A DNA stretch of 64,000 bases from a virus, in IMG/VR virus record IMGVR_UViG_3300002835_000025; one strand, written 5' to 3'. The notes below the pieces were generated by a model. The model ran no database searches. It was not told the origin of the DNA and worked only from the letters and a program-made list of their open reading frames with translations. Numbering within the stretch: position 1 is the stretch's first letter; every line of letters starts with the position of its first letter. Positions 28,518 to 37,791 of this stretch are shown in pieces. Both the position numbers and the translations under genes were made by a program.

Positions 28518-29060
28518 ATGATTAGAAAAATAGCATTAATGCTAAAAGATGCTGGAACAGTTGAGATTGACAAAGATACTATTCATAATGATGTACATTT
28601 AATGGCTTCTAGTATTTTTGAAAAACCTTTCATGAGAAAGGAAAGATCATTTGAACAAGTGTATGAACACTGCGCGTATACTGCTATCGAGTATGCTCTT
28701 GCTAATGTTATTGACGGACAACGCAATCCTTTAAAATTCGATAAGACTAATCCTGAGTCTTACAAATATGATGTTATTAAGGACGATTTGAAATTTGAAG
28801 TAAAGAAACATGCTTTTAACAATTCCTATTTTACATATCAAAAGTCTAATATTAATACATTTCTTAAGCACTGTCAAACATTAGACTATTTGGTAACTGC
28901 TACAATGGCAACTAATGTTGATTCTTACTTAATAGATTTTTACATGATTATTAATGCAAAGAAATTCTCAGATAATTTCAAGCAATCAAAATTTAATGAA
29001 GGATGGTATTATGACCATCGATTCAATAATGACAATATTATTATTAAAACCCTGGAGTGA
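28518..29060 (+). CDS. denB: Endonuclease IV-like (dC-specific)
   Basis: Aligns to recalled T4 DenB: V.E.C...E..A...G..N...D..P..Y..DV...EVK.H and terminal S....GWY. Confidence 0.7.
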   Translation: MIRKIALMLKDAGTVEIDKDTIHNDVHLMASSIFEKPFMRKERSFEQVYEHCAYTAIEYALANVIDGQRNPLKFDKTNPESYKYDVIKDDLKFEVKKHAFNNSYFTYQKSNINTFLKHCQTLDYLVTATMATNVDSYLIDFYMIINAKKFSDNFKQSKFNEGWYYDHRFNNDNIIIKTLE

Positions 29061-29062
29061 AT

Positions 29063-29470
29063 ATGACTGAAGCAAAACGTAAATCTGTTGAAGTATTAGA
29101 AGAAGCAATTGCTCTTCAAATTAAGAAAGGTAATGATTACCAGAATTCTGCATCAAGAGTAAGACAGGCAGATTACTATCCTCACGGAATCAATAGTATT
29201 TTAGATACTATTAATGCTAAAGTCTTACGAATGTTTTCTGTTATTGAAACAATGGAAGCGGGTGGATCTGTCAATTTTGAATCAATCGAGGATTCTGCTA
29301 TCGATGGAATCAATTACTTATCATTCTTAGTTTCATACATGAGAGGTGAAATCGATGGTCAACAACCTGATAGAGATATTTTCAATAAGACGGGTCAACA
29401 AAATCGTGCCTTAATTCCTACTAAATTCAGAACACAAACTGGCGGCAATATTATTGGAGTAAACAAATAA
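29063..29470 (+). CDS. Nucleotide-modification-associated all-alpha protein (DUF1599/Nmad1-like)
   Basis: KK.NDY, K..R, ESIEDS..D.INY. Confidence 0.7.
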   Translation: MTEAKRKSVEVLEEAIALQIKKGNDYQNSASRVRQADYYPHGINSILDTINAKVLRMFSVIETMEAGGSVNFESIEDSAIDGINYLSFLVSYMRGEIDGQQPDRDIFNKTGQQNRALIPTKFRTQTGGNIIGVNK

Positions 29471-30138
29471 TGGAACAATACTCTGTAAAAGATATTAGAA
29501 ATGAATTTAAGTCACTATTGGAAAATGACGAATTTGTAATAGACAAGACCGGTTGCAAAATGGTTGAAATTGCCGGAACATCATTTATTGCTAGTGAACC
29601 TACTATCTTTGGAACTCTTAATGAAGACTATGCTAAAAGAGAAATAGAATGGTACAAATCCATGTCTCTTAACGTTAATGACATTCCAGGTGAAACTCCA
29701 GCAGTGTGGAAACAGGTTGCTGATGCAAATGGAATGATCAATTCTAATTATGGTTGGTGTGTTTATTCAAGAGAAAACCATTATCAATTCCAGAACGTAC
29801 TTCAAGAATTAGTAAGAAATAGATTCTCTAGAAGAGCAATAATGATTTATACCCGGCCTTCTATTTGGGCCGAATTTGAAACCGTGGGAATGTCTGATTT
29901 TATTTGCACCAATACAGTTCAATATCTTATTAGAAATAATAAACTTCACGCATTTGTACAAATGCGGTCAAATGATGCAATTTTTGGATATAAAAATGAC
30001 TTATATTGGCAACAGCACGTCCATACTGAATTGCATGAATGTCTTAATGAGAGTGGAGTACAATGCGAAATCGGTGATATTATCTGGAATGCAACATCGC
30101 TTCATGTTTATGAAAAACATTTCCATTTGATAAAATAA
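29470..30138 (+). CDS. 42: dCMP hydroxymethylase gp42
   Basis: Closely follows recalled T4 gp42 (DKTG, DIPGETP.W.QVA, INSNYGW, SRR.IMIYTRPS, MSDF.CTNTVQY, MRSND..FG..ND); Asp at the dCMP-specificity position. Confidence 0.95.
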   Translation: MEQYSVKDIRNEFKSLLENDEFVIDKTGCKMVEIAGTSFIASEPTIFGTLNEDYAKREIEWYKSMSLNVNDIPGETPAVWKQVADANGMINSNYGWCVYSRENHYQFQNVLQELVRNRFSRRAIMIYTRPSIWAEFETVGMSDFICTNTVQYLIRNNKLHAFVQMRSNDAIFGYKNDLYWQQHVHTELHECLNESGVQCEIGDIIWNATSLHVYEKHFHLIK

Positions 30139-30222
30139 TAGTATACTTTTATAATTAGTATGATATAATAGCTTCAGGTTACTAATAATGGTAATCATAA
30201 ATTAACACAGGAATTTTATATT

Positions 30223-30489
30223 ATGAGCAGCAATCCAAGATCTTCTAAAAATTATGTTACCACTGTCAAAATGACCAACCCAGTTGACCGAGTATTTGTT
30301 GAACAGTTACGCCAATATATTAATGAAACAAACCATCTTCGTAAAGTCAAACAAAGAGTAGTTCTTCGTGGTAGACTAGGCCATGATAATCCCGCGGCTC
30401 CTTACTATTATAACCAACCAACATGGTTCTATAACGTTAAAATTCAGCACTCTGAAAGATCTGATGTGTATATTTACGAACGAAGATAA
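30223..30489 (+). CDS. Hypothetical protein
   Basis: Promoter 30141-30169; RV..RGRLG.DNP. Confidence 0.65.
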   Translation: MSSNPRSSKNYVTTVKMTNPVDRVFVEQLRQYINETNHLRKVKQRVVLRGRLGHDNPAAPYYYNQPTWFYNVKIQHSERSDVYIYERR

Positions 30490-30935
30490 TGATGGAAAAC
30501 AAATGGAATAATAGATTCATGGACATGGCGAAAGCTGTGTCCTTATGGTCCAAAGACCCCAGTACTAAAGTCGGTGCGGTTGCAGTAGGAAGCAAAAAAC
30601 AAATCTTAGCTACTGGGTTCAATGGTTTTCCAAGAGGAATATCTGATACTATTGAGAGATTAGAAAATCGTGAAATTAAGTATGACTATATTGTACATGC
30701 TGAAAAGAATCTAATCTATAATGCTTCATATACAGGAACATCATTAGATGGAGCAGCAATATATGTGTATGGACTTCCAGTATGTCTTGAATGCGCCAAG
30801 GGAATTATTCAAGTTGGAATTAGTGAGATTTACGTAAGTAAAGAATGTCTAATGTCTAAACCAAATTGGTATGACTCTTGGCTTAAATCAAAAGCTATGT
30901 TTGAAGAAGTTGGGTTATTCGTAGATTTAGTTTGA
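30489..30935 (+). CDS. cd: dCMP deaminase
   Basis: SKDPSTKVGA, G.NG.PRG, HAE.N, PVCLEC. Confidence 0.93.
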   Translation: MMENKWNNRFMDMAKAVSLWSKDPSTKVGAVAVGSKKQILATGFNGFPRGISDTIERLENREIKYDYIVHAEKNLIYNASYTGTSLDGAAIYVYGLPVCLECAKGIIQVGISEIYVSKECLMSKPNWYDSWLKSKAMFEEVGLFVDLV

Positions 30936-31073
30936 ACATCCTTGTCCATGCATATCCCTATGCAGTTCCATTATTGTATTTATACTAAAATAATAGTGTA
31001 CTATTTCGATAATCATGATATAATAGTTTCAGATTACCAATAATGGTAATCATCATTGAAGAGGAATTTTATA

Positions 31074-31352
31074 ATGGCTTATTTTAATAACACTATTACT
31101 AATGGCGGATTATTCAACAATGGTCTTGCCAATTTTGAATACAGAGTTAGTACAGGTGATGCAGAAGGTCAAGGAACTTGGGGCATTGAAAACGGGTTTA
31201 AGTATGAAATAGCAATGTCTGACGGTTCCGTTAGATTTGCAAACATTAAGAAAACTGTTGCTTATGTGTGCATCGATATTGATGATCTATGTAAACCAAT
31301 AGTAGAAAAGTGGAAAATTAAACATGTTTGGACCAACGAATTTTTAAAATAA
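31074..31352 (+). CDS. Hypothetical early protein
   Basis: Promoter 30996-31024, GAGG RBS. Confidence 0.65.
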   Translation: MAYFNNTITNGGLFNNGLANFEYRVSTGDAEGQGTWGIENGFKYEIAMSDGSVRFANIKKTVAYVCIDIDDLCKPIVEKWKIKHVWTNEFLK

Positions 31353-31354
31353 TA

Positions 31355-31394
31355 GTGTACAAGATGGTACTATATGATATAATAGTACCATCTT
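31355..31394 (+). promoter_or_regulatory. Early promoter with 13-bp palindrome around -10
   Basis: GTGTAC; AAGATGGTACTAT/ATAGTACCATCTT. Confidence 0.85.
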
Positions 31395-31415
31395 AACTTG
31401 ACGAGGAACTTAATC

Positions 31416-31637
31416 ATGCTATCAAAAATCACCAAAGCAAATCCTGCTTTCAAAACCAATATCCTATTTGCAATATATGGATTACTCATTGGCGCCGTAC
31501 TTACCAGTGGAATCATCTATCAATCCACTAAGCATTCATATTTCAAGGTATTTAATACTAAAATTGGCTTGATGGTTATCGTCAATGGCGGAGTCTATAC
31601 ACTTGAAGAAATCCGTAAATGTTCTAATGATTGCTAG
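31416..31637 (+). CDS. Small membrane protein
   Basis: One TM helix, GAGG RBS. Confidence 0.6.
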   Translation: MLSKITKANPAFKTNILFAIYGLLIGAVLTSGIIYQSTKHSYFKVFNTKIGLMVIVNGGVYTLEEIRKCSNDC

Positions 31638-31698
31638 GAGAACTAAGATGAATGTAATTGAACCAACTTGAAGCTGAAAGAACCATTGGAACCAAATT

Positions 31699-31926
31699 AT
31701 GAAAGATAAAATTAAAGAACTTGCTTACCAAGTTAAACTACTCGATGACGACGGATGGAATACTTCTAACTTGACTCGGGACGTTGAAAAGTTTGCTGAA
31801 TTGATTATTCAAGAATGTATTGGTCAATGCTTGTCTGTAACAGGAACTGAACACTATGGTTCAGTGGATGGATTTGTTGTGGATGAATGTGTAAAAAGAA
31901 TTAGAAACCATTTTGGAGTAAAATAA
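31699..31926 (+). CDS. Hypothetical protein
   Basis: EKFAELIIQEC...I..HFGV phage motif. Confidence 0.7.
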   Translation: MKDKIKELAYQVKLLDDDGWNTSNLTRDVEKFAELIIQECIGQCLSVTGTEHYGSVDGFVVDECVKRIRNHFGVK

Positions 31927-32112
31927 TGACTACTGTTGCTGAATTTATGGCCGTATCTACAAACTCTTCCTCAGGATGCACAAGTTAAAGTTTTATCATA
32001 TGATACTGGAAGATGGGAACCTTTGTTCATCGCGGCAGAATTGGATCCTTATTACAGTGATACTTGTTGGTTTGATGTTGATGGTAATGAACTTAGACTT
32101 GGAGAAAAATAA
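31926..32112 (+). pseudogene. Frameshifted small gene
   Basis: MTTVAEFMA then YLQTLPQDA...LGEK* continues in the +1 frame. Confidence 0.5.
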
Positions 32113-32363
32113 TGGCTAATGTATATGTTGTAACTGCTTATCGATTTGGTGACCGTGAAAGACATTCTTACGTGGTTGGAGTTTTTACTAATGCAGAATT
32201 GGCAATTGAAGTTGCTGAACAAGTACCGGATGAACGTGCAGGAAAATATTACGCTGAGGTACTTAAATTTGGTCTTAACAAAACTGATAATGATGAATTT
32301 GATGCTGTGTGGCCATTATCACGGTACGATGAAATCAAAAAACTATATGGCGAGGGAGTATGA
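32112..32363 (+). CDS. Hypothetical, paralog of 55951
   Basis: VV.A.R.GDRE.HSYV.G.F. Confidence 0.7.
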   Translation: MANVYVVTAYRFGDRERHSYVVGVFTNAELAIEVAEQVPDERAGKYYAEVLKFGLNKTDNDEFDAVWPLSRYDEIKKLYGEGV

Positions 32364-32551
32364 GAAGATTTAAGTTAAACGCGGGTATCCATTTGATGGA
32401 AGAATCAGATGATGGTTATTGGGTAAGATACATAGATTTGGAACCAATCGTAAAAGCAATAGCATCAGGCAATACTGATGACTATGGCGATTTAATTATT
32501 CCGGTAGAAAAAGTACAAATACTTTTAGATTTTGCACAGGTAAAGCGATGA
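32360..32551 (+). CDS. Hypothetical protein
   Basis: ATGA overlaps. Confidence 0.55.
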   Translation: MRRFKLNAGIHLMEESDDGYWVRYIDLEPIVKAIASGNTDDYGDLIIPVEKVQILLDFAQVKR

Positions 32552-33537
32552 AACAATATTACGATCTTCTTCAGAAAATCATGGAAACTGGTAATCCAAC
32601 TAATGATAGGACAGGAGTTGGCACTCTTTCACTTTTCGGCGAGCAACTTAAATTCAATCTTCAATCTGGATTTCCTTTACTTACTGGCAAGTTTACTTCA
32701 TTCAAGACAATCTCAAACGAACTGTTGTGGTTCCTGAATGGGTATACAAACAATGAAGATTTAAGAAAATTGAATGGTAATGATAAACCAACCATTTGGG
32801 AAGAATGGTCAACGCCTTCGGGTGACTTAGGTCCAATCTACGGTAAACAGTGGCGTAACTGGGGTGCCGTTCCTATTCCAAATATGCCAACAGAATCTAT
32901 GGATGGTATTGACCAAATTGAAAATCTTATCCGTGGTCTTAAAGAAAGACCATTCAGTCGTCGTCATATTATATCAGCATGGAATGTTGCTGATTTGCCA
33001 AGCGAAGAATTAACGCCTCAAGAAAATGTAGAATCAGGTAAGATGGCTTTGGCGCCTTGTCATGCATTTGTTCAGTTTGGTGTTAGAGAATTATCCTTCA
33101 GTGAACGCGCTGTTCTGTATGTCCAGAAATATTTTGGTACTCATTTTGGACTTGGATATGATAGGGACTATGAGAATCTTATGAATAATGTTGGTGTTCC
33201 TAAATATGGATTATCTTGTCATTTATACCAAAGAAGTGCTGATATCTTTTTAGGAGTTCCCTATAACATTGCTAGTTATGCGTTGTTCACTGAAATACTC
33301 GGCAATTTGACAAATATGTTACCAGAGAATTTGATTATCTCATTTGGCGATGTTCATCTATATAAGAATCATATCAACCAAACAAAAGAACTACTATCGC
33401 GGAATCTTGCAGAATATGCATTACCTACGTTGGTATTCAATGACCATTATAATTCTATTGATGAGATTAATGAATATAGTTATACCATTAAAGATTACCG
33501 GTCACTTGGATCTATTAAAGCAGAGGTTGCGGTGTGA
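32548..33537 (+). CDS. td: Thymidylate synthase
   Basis: DRTGVGT, ELLWF, GPIYG.QWR, SRRH, LAPCH, YQRSAD.FLGVPYN, HLY.NH. Confidence 0.97.
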   Translation: MKQYYDLLQKIMETGNPTNDRTGVGTLSLFGEQLKFNLQSGFPLLTGKFTSFKTISNELLWFLNGYTNNEDLRKLNGNDKPTIWEEWSTPSGDLGPIYGKQWRNWGAVPIPNMPTESMDGIDQIENLIRGLKERPFSRRHIISAWNVADLPSEELTPQENVESGKMALAPCHAFVQFGVRELSFSERAVLYVQKYFGTHFGLGYDRDYENLMNNVGVPKYGLSCHLYQRSADIFLGVPYNIASYALFTEILGNLTNMLPENLIISFGDVHLYKNHINQTKELLSRNLAEYALPTLVFNDHYNSIDEINEYSYTIKDYRSLGSIKAEVAV

Positions 33538-34007
33538 AGCCATTTGATAATTTATATTTAATTGCCGCAGTAGCAAAATTCGGTGTTATTGGAGACTCAT
33601 ACACTCCTGGCATGCTTTGGCATTGCCGAGAAGAACTTAAACACTTCAAAAATACGACAATGGGTTCTACTATAGTTATGGGTAGGATTACTGCTGAAAC
33701 CACTGGCAAATTACCTGGGCGTGACTGTATTGTATTAAGTAGAGATCCTAATTATAAATTAGAAGGATTTACTACAATGACAATTGATAATTTCTTGACT
33801 TATGCTCAATGTAATCCAACAGTAAGTTTTATGATATGTGGTGGAGGTGAAATATATCTTTCTCTTATAGCTTATTGTAGGATTGCTATTGTATCAAGAA
33901 TGAAGTTAGAAGTCAAAGGTGATATTACTTTTTATGTTCCGTCAGAATTTGAAAAGTACAATGTAAGAGAATTTTCTGACTTTACTGTAAACTACTATTC
34001 ACGCTGA
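33534..34007 (+). CDS. frd: Dihydrofolate reductase
   Basis: LIAAV..GVIG, F..TT, VMGR.T, LPGR..IVLSR, GGGEIY. Confidence 0.9.
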   Translation: MKPFDNLYLIAAVAKFGVIGDSYTPGMLWHCREELKHFKNTTMGSTIVMGRITAETTGKLPGRDCIVLSRDPNYKLEGFTTMTIDNFLTYAQCNPTVSFMICGGGEIYLSLIAYCRIAIVSRMKLEVKGDITFYVPSEFEKYNVREFSDFTVNYYSR

Positions 34008-34020
34008 GGATTTATGAAAT

Positions 34021-34197
34021 ATGATGAAACTATTCTGTATTTTAGTCTTGTTTGTATCTACTGGATGTGCAGTATATCCCACTTCTTATCGCGGCTATAG
34101 TTATTATCCAGGCACTGTTGTGTTGTATCCCAATCATAATAACCATTGGCATGAGTACCAACATAGTCATCGTTGGAATGATAATTGGAGTAGATAA
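34021..34197 (+). CDS. Small lipoprotein
   Basis: MMKLFCILVLFVSTG-C lipobox; Y/H-rich. Confidence 0.55.
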   Translation: MMKLFCILVLFVSTGCAVYPTSYRGYSYYPGTVVLYPNHNNHWHEYQHSHRWNDNWSR

Positions 34198-34382
34198 TGT
34201 ATTGGTTATATGAATATGCTGAAAGAGCTGGATTTAAAGTTAGTAATGATGGTGTTATCACATCGGATGAGGACTTGAAAATCCCATTAGAAACTTTTGC
34301 AGATATGATTGCTAATGAGACATTAAAACAATACCTTGCCGGTGTCTGTGCTGCTATGAGAAATGGACAAACTCTGCATTAA
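34197..34382 (+). CDS. Hypothetical protein
   Basis: TAATG overlap. Confidence 0.55.
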   Translation: MYWLYEYAERAGFKVSNDGVITSDEDLKIPLETFADMIANETLKQYLAGVCAAMRNGQTLH

Positions 34383-34440
34383 TGTTTACAAGACTGTATT
34401 ATATGATATAATGATATTGTCAATACTTTATGAGCTTATT

Positions 34441-34659
34441 ATGGCGCAATTTGAAAAATTAGATGAATATCTTATCGTTAATACCAATACAAAGAATGGT
34501 ATGTTATCAGCAAAATCACTTTGCAACGCATTGGTACTTGTTGACGACTTGAACCAAAAGTGTATAGAACATAGCACTGCCACCAGATACAAAGTCATTG
34601 TTAAACCAGATTGGGAATGGATTGGTTGGGACGAAGTTAAAATTTTAGTTGATATTTGA
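34441..34659 (+). CDS. Hypothetical protein
   Basis: Promoter GTTTAC..TATAAT at about 34384-34412. Confidence 0.5.
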   Translation: MAQFEKLDEYLIVNTNTKNGMLSAKSLCNALVLVDDLNQKCIEHSTATRYKVIVKPDWEWIGWDEVKILVDI

Positions 34660-34670
34660 GGAGAACTTAT

Positions 34671-35717
34671 ATGCCTGTAGAATTTAGAAAAATGGTTACT
34701 ATCAATCCAGTAGTTGAAATCAAATCCATCGCTGGTGCTGATTTGATTTGCGCATACAGAGTTAAAGGTTGGTGGGTAGTTGACCAAGTGGGAAAATATA
34801 ATGTAGGTGATTTAGTACTCTATGCTGAAATCGATTCTTGGATTCCTCATGATATTGCTCCATTCTTATCCAAAGGTAAAGAACCTAAAGAGTATAATGG
34901 TGTTAAAGGTGAACGATTAAGAACTATCAAGTTGAAAGGTCAAGTGTCTCAGGGATTATTATTACCAATGAATCTTTTGGACTCTACTGAATATAATAGT
35001 CATTTGCCAGACTCAGCAGAAACTATAGATGTATCTGATTTTTTGAATGTTCAGAAATGGGAAGCTCCTATTCCTGCAAATCTTCGTGGTCAGATGAAAG
35101 GTAATTTTCCTGCATTTATCCGCAAGACTGACCAAGAAAGATGCCAGAATTTGGTAGAAGAAATTGGCCATGAATTTTTCCACCAATGTCATTTTGAAGT
35201 GTCTTTGAAGTTAGATGGCTCGTCATGCACCGTTTATCATAATGCTGGTTTGGTAGGTGTCTGTTCAAGAAATTTAGATTTGAAACTTGAGCAAGAAGGC
35301 AATTCATTCGTTGAGATTGCCAAGTCGACTGGATTACTGAAAGCATTGATTACACTTAATGAGAATATTGCGGTCCAAGGTGAATTAATGGGACCTGGTA
35401 TTCAAGGTAATAAAGAAGGATTTGATTCTCATAAGTTGTTCATCTTCGATATCTTTGACATTGATAACCAATGCTATCTTGAATTTTCTGAAAGAATGAA
35501 TTGTATTCTTAGACTTAAAGATGCTGGTTATACTGGTGACATAGTACCTACCTATCATGTTGGTCCTTTACAGCATGGAAATATTGAAGACCTATTGAAA
35601 ATGGCTGATGGTCCATCGATTAATGCTAAGGTTAGAGAAGGTTTGGTATTCAAACGAACTGATGGTCAATTCTCATTCAAGGCAATCTCTCAAAAATTCC
35701 TATTGAACGAAAAGTAA
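34671..35717 (+). CDS. RNA ligase (DRB0094/Rnl2-like)
   Basis: GAD.I, EIDS, SQGL, KTDQER.QN, KLDGSS, QGE..G.GIQ.N, EGLV.K, SFK.IS. Confidence 0.92.
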   Translation: MPVEFRKMVTINPVVEIKSIAGADLICAYRVKGWWVVDQVGKYNVGDLVLYAEIDSWIPHDIAPFLSKGKEPKEYNGVKGERLRTIKLKGQVSQGLLLPMNLLDSTEYNSHLPDSAETIDVSDFLNVQKWEAPIPANLRGQMKGNFPAFIRKTDQERCQNLVEEIGHEFFHQCHFEVSLKLDGSSCTVYHNAGLVGVCSRNLDLKLEQEGNSFVEIAKSTGLLKALITLNENIAVQGELMGPGIQGNKEGFDSHKLFIFDIFDIDNQCYLEFSERMNCILRLKDAGYTGDIVPTYHVGPLQHGNIEDLLKMADGPSINAKVREGLVFKRTDGQFSFKAISQKFLLNEK

Positions 35718-35726
35718 TTTATAATG

Positions 35727-35751
35727 AAGCCAGTCTCTGCACTGGCTTTTT
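35727..35751 (+). terminator. Intrinsic terminator
   Basis: AAGCCAGT/ACTGGCTT plus T tract. Confidence 0.75.
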
Positions 35752-35789
35752 ATTGCCCCGAAAATAATTTGATTATTTTGAATTCTTTT

Positions 35790-35831
35790 GTGTACTATTA
35801 CTGAAACCATGATATAATAGACTCATACCAA
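35790..35831 (+). promoter_or_regulatory. Early promoter cassette (diverged copy of 19.4-20.1 kb family)
   Basis: GTGTACTATTA..GATATAATAGACTCATACCAA. Confidence 0.8.
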
Positions 35832-35850
35832 CTAATAGAGGATTTATATC

Positions 35851-36048
35851 ATGAAAACAGAACCTACATATTTTGAAACTCTTAATGAAGCACTTGAAGC
35901 TGAAGGTTTAACACAATTTTGGCCAACAAATCTAAACATCAACTATGGCGAAAGTGTTTCTATAATCATTAACTTTTTGTCAATATCAATCTATCGTAGC
36001 AATACTACTGGTAGATATGAAAGACCTGTCCATTATAAAACAATTTAG
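35851..36048 (+). CDS. Hypothetical early protein
   Basis: GAGG RBS; SIYR...GRYERPVHY. Confidence 0.65.
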   Translation: MKTEPTYFETLNEALEAEGLTQFWPTNLNINYGESVSIIINFLSISIYRSNTTGRYERPVHYKTI

Positions 36049-36057
36049 GAGATTACC

Positions 36058-36330
36058 ATGGTTGTTCAAGATAAAGTAACTGGTAAAATGTATGATCCTC
36101 AAGAGGAATTTGATAATTTTTTTAGTCAACCTGAAGTAACTGAACAAATGGTAAGAATGAAAAATCATGATTATGAACAAATGGTAAGAATGAAAAATCA
36201 TGATTATGAACAATTAGTTCTTAATATGTACTTCGGCGGAATGTCAATAAAAGAAATAACGTATGAAATAGGAATTCCTGTTGATGAAGTTAAAAACATT
36301 ATTTCATACATGTCATCAGCGGAGAATTAA
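36058..36330 (+). CDS. Hypothetical with 33-bp tandem duplication and HTH-like end
   Basis: EQMVRMKNHDY twice. Confidence 0.6.
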   Translation: MVVQDKVTGKMYDPQEEFDNFFSQPEVTEQMVRMKNHDYEQMVRMKNHDYEQLVLNMYFGGMSIKEITYEIGIPVDEVKNIISYMSSAEN

Positions 36331-36331
36331 A

Positions 36332-36520
36332 ATGAGCATTTATAAAGAAAATGGTTATACCAATAGAAATAATTATTTAAGTCATTTGTCAGAAGATTAT
36401 GGCATTGAACTTGGAATAGTACTTGAACTTGCGGATTTATTTGGTCCTGAAGAAGATTTTGATGGATTATTAGAAGCACTAAATGACTATGGCAATTATG
36501 GATTTGGAGAGTTATTATGA
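36332..36520 (+). CDS. Hypothetical protein
   Basis: Y.ENGY..R..YL..L.EDYG...EDFDGL. Confidence 0.7.
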   Translation: MSIYKENGYTNRNNYLSHLSEDYGIELGIVLELADLFGPEEDFDGLLEALNDYGNYGFGELL

Positions 36521-36549
36521 TAGATATTAAAACAAACACGGAGAATAAC

Positions 36550-36705
36550 ATGAAAGGTCAAATAAGGTTTATATTAGCATTGTTTATTATTTTTACTGCT
36601 GTCAATCTAGAAGGAATAGTTGATATGCCAACAGAACTTACAATTGCTTTTGTTGGTATTATGATTGGAGCTTGGGGAATGGTTGATTCATTGGAGAGAA
36701 AATAA
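36550..36705 (+). CDS. Small membrane protein
   Basis: Two hydrophobic segments, GGAG RBS. Confidence 0.55.
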   Translation: MKGQIRFILALFIIFTAVNLEGIVDMPTELTIAFVGIMIGAWGMVDSLERK

Positions 36706-36905
36706 TGAGCGGAAAGAATTTTATCTATTTTATTGATGTACTATTAGCAGTTTCTATACTGCCATTCTTTTTCTACATTGCAACTTCTGGATTCTTTGTT
36801 GTTGCAGCATTCTTTATCATTCTGATAATTGAGATGATGGTCGATTATACTCGAGTTAGAAAGTACTTTGTCAATATGATGTTAAGAGCAAAATGCGATG
36901 TCTGA
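36705..36905 (+). CDS. Small membrane protein
   Basis: Two TM segments. Confidence 0.55.
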   Translation: MSGKNFIYFIDVLLAVSILPFFFYIATSGFFVVAAFFIILIIEMMVDYTRVRKYFVNMMLRAKCDV

Positions 36906-37101
36906 TATAATTAACAAACTTAGAGAAGAACAATCAAGATTGTATTGCAACTTACAAGTCAAATACGACCAATTGTTCCGACTTGAAGATGAAGTAAAAC
37001 GACTGAAGTATGAAATATTTAGAATGGAAATAGATAAATGTTTGGTTGAACATGACTTAGGAAAGGAACTCAAGAATGAAAATAAATCCAACGGTAATTA
37101 A
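36898..37101 (+). CDS. Coiled-coil hypothetical protein
   Basis: Overlapping operon ORF. Confidence 0.5.
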   Translation: MSDIINKLREEQSRLYCNLQVKYDQLFRLEDEVKRLKYEIFRMEIDKCLVEHDLGKELKNENKSNGN

Positions 37102-37327
37102 TTACATTATCAATAGTAATATCAAGTACAGACAAGACCTAGAATCAATGGTGGATACTATGAAATTCAATCAAGTGCTTACTCAAATCAAAGAAGCAAA
37201 TGCTGTTGCTCATTTGATTGATGTTCAAAACAAACAACATAATGATGGACTATACAAAGATCCTACTTGGATTAATGGTGTTCATTGTCACAATTCAATC
37301 AGCAAACACAACTATACTAAACTATGA
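37076..37327 (+). CDS. Hypothetical protein
   Basis: Operon ORF. Confidence 0.5.
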   Translation: MKINPTVINYIINSNIKYRQDLESMVDTMKFNQVLTQIKEANAVAHLIDVQNKQHNDGLYKDPTWINGVHCHNSISKHNYTKL

Positions 37328-37791
37328 AAATTGAAATTGGAAAAACTTACGGGACTGGACATGGCACTAAAGTTACTATTGTAGGAACAGATTATACCAT
37401 TCGTTCTGATTATAAATTTATTGGCACCACTTTTGATGGTTCAGTAAGAACTTATGATAACTATAACGAGCAAGGTATATGTTTATTCGGCGATTGGGAT
37501 AGTAATTTATTAAAGGAATTTAACAGATCATTCGGATTTCCTGAAACTGAAAAACCTTATCATGGAACTCCATATTACTTTCCAGATATGTCACCTGATG
37601 GATACTCTGGCTGTACTTGGTCCGATGATGCATTCGACCATTGTCTATTGATAAATGGACTGCTATATTTGGATAAAGAGGATGCTATTCAGGCGTCTGA
37701 AATCATAATTAATCTGCTAAAGGAGTATAATGAAAATCGTATCAAAAGAAGAGATAATGGAGAGACTTGGCTGTTCAAAAACCCAGGTTGA
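37324..37791 (+). CDS. Hypothetical protein
   Basis: ATGA overlap; N-terminus resembles 53539. Confidence 0.6.
   Translation: MKIEIGKTYGTGHGTKVTIVGTDYTIRSDYKFIGTTFDGSVRTYDNYNEQGICLFGDWDSNLLKEFNRSFGFPETEKPYHGTPYYFPDMSPDGYSGCTWSDDAFDHCLLINGLLYLDKEDAIQASEIIINLLKEYNENRIKRRDNGETWLFKNPG

Noticed and set aside
29470-30138. Second thymidylate synthase or dUMP hydroxymethylase
   Set aside because: The sequence follows T4 gp42 closely and has Asp, not Asn, at the pyrimidine-specificity position.
33085-33210. Intron or intein in td
   Set aside because: The in-frame ~40-aa insertion has no intein termini or group I features; nrdA and nrdB are also uninterrupted.
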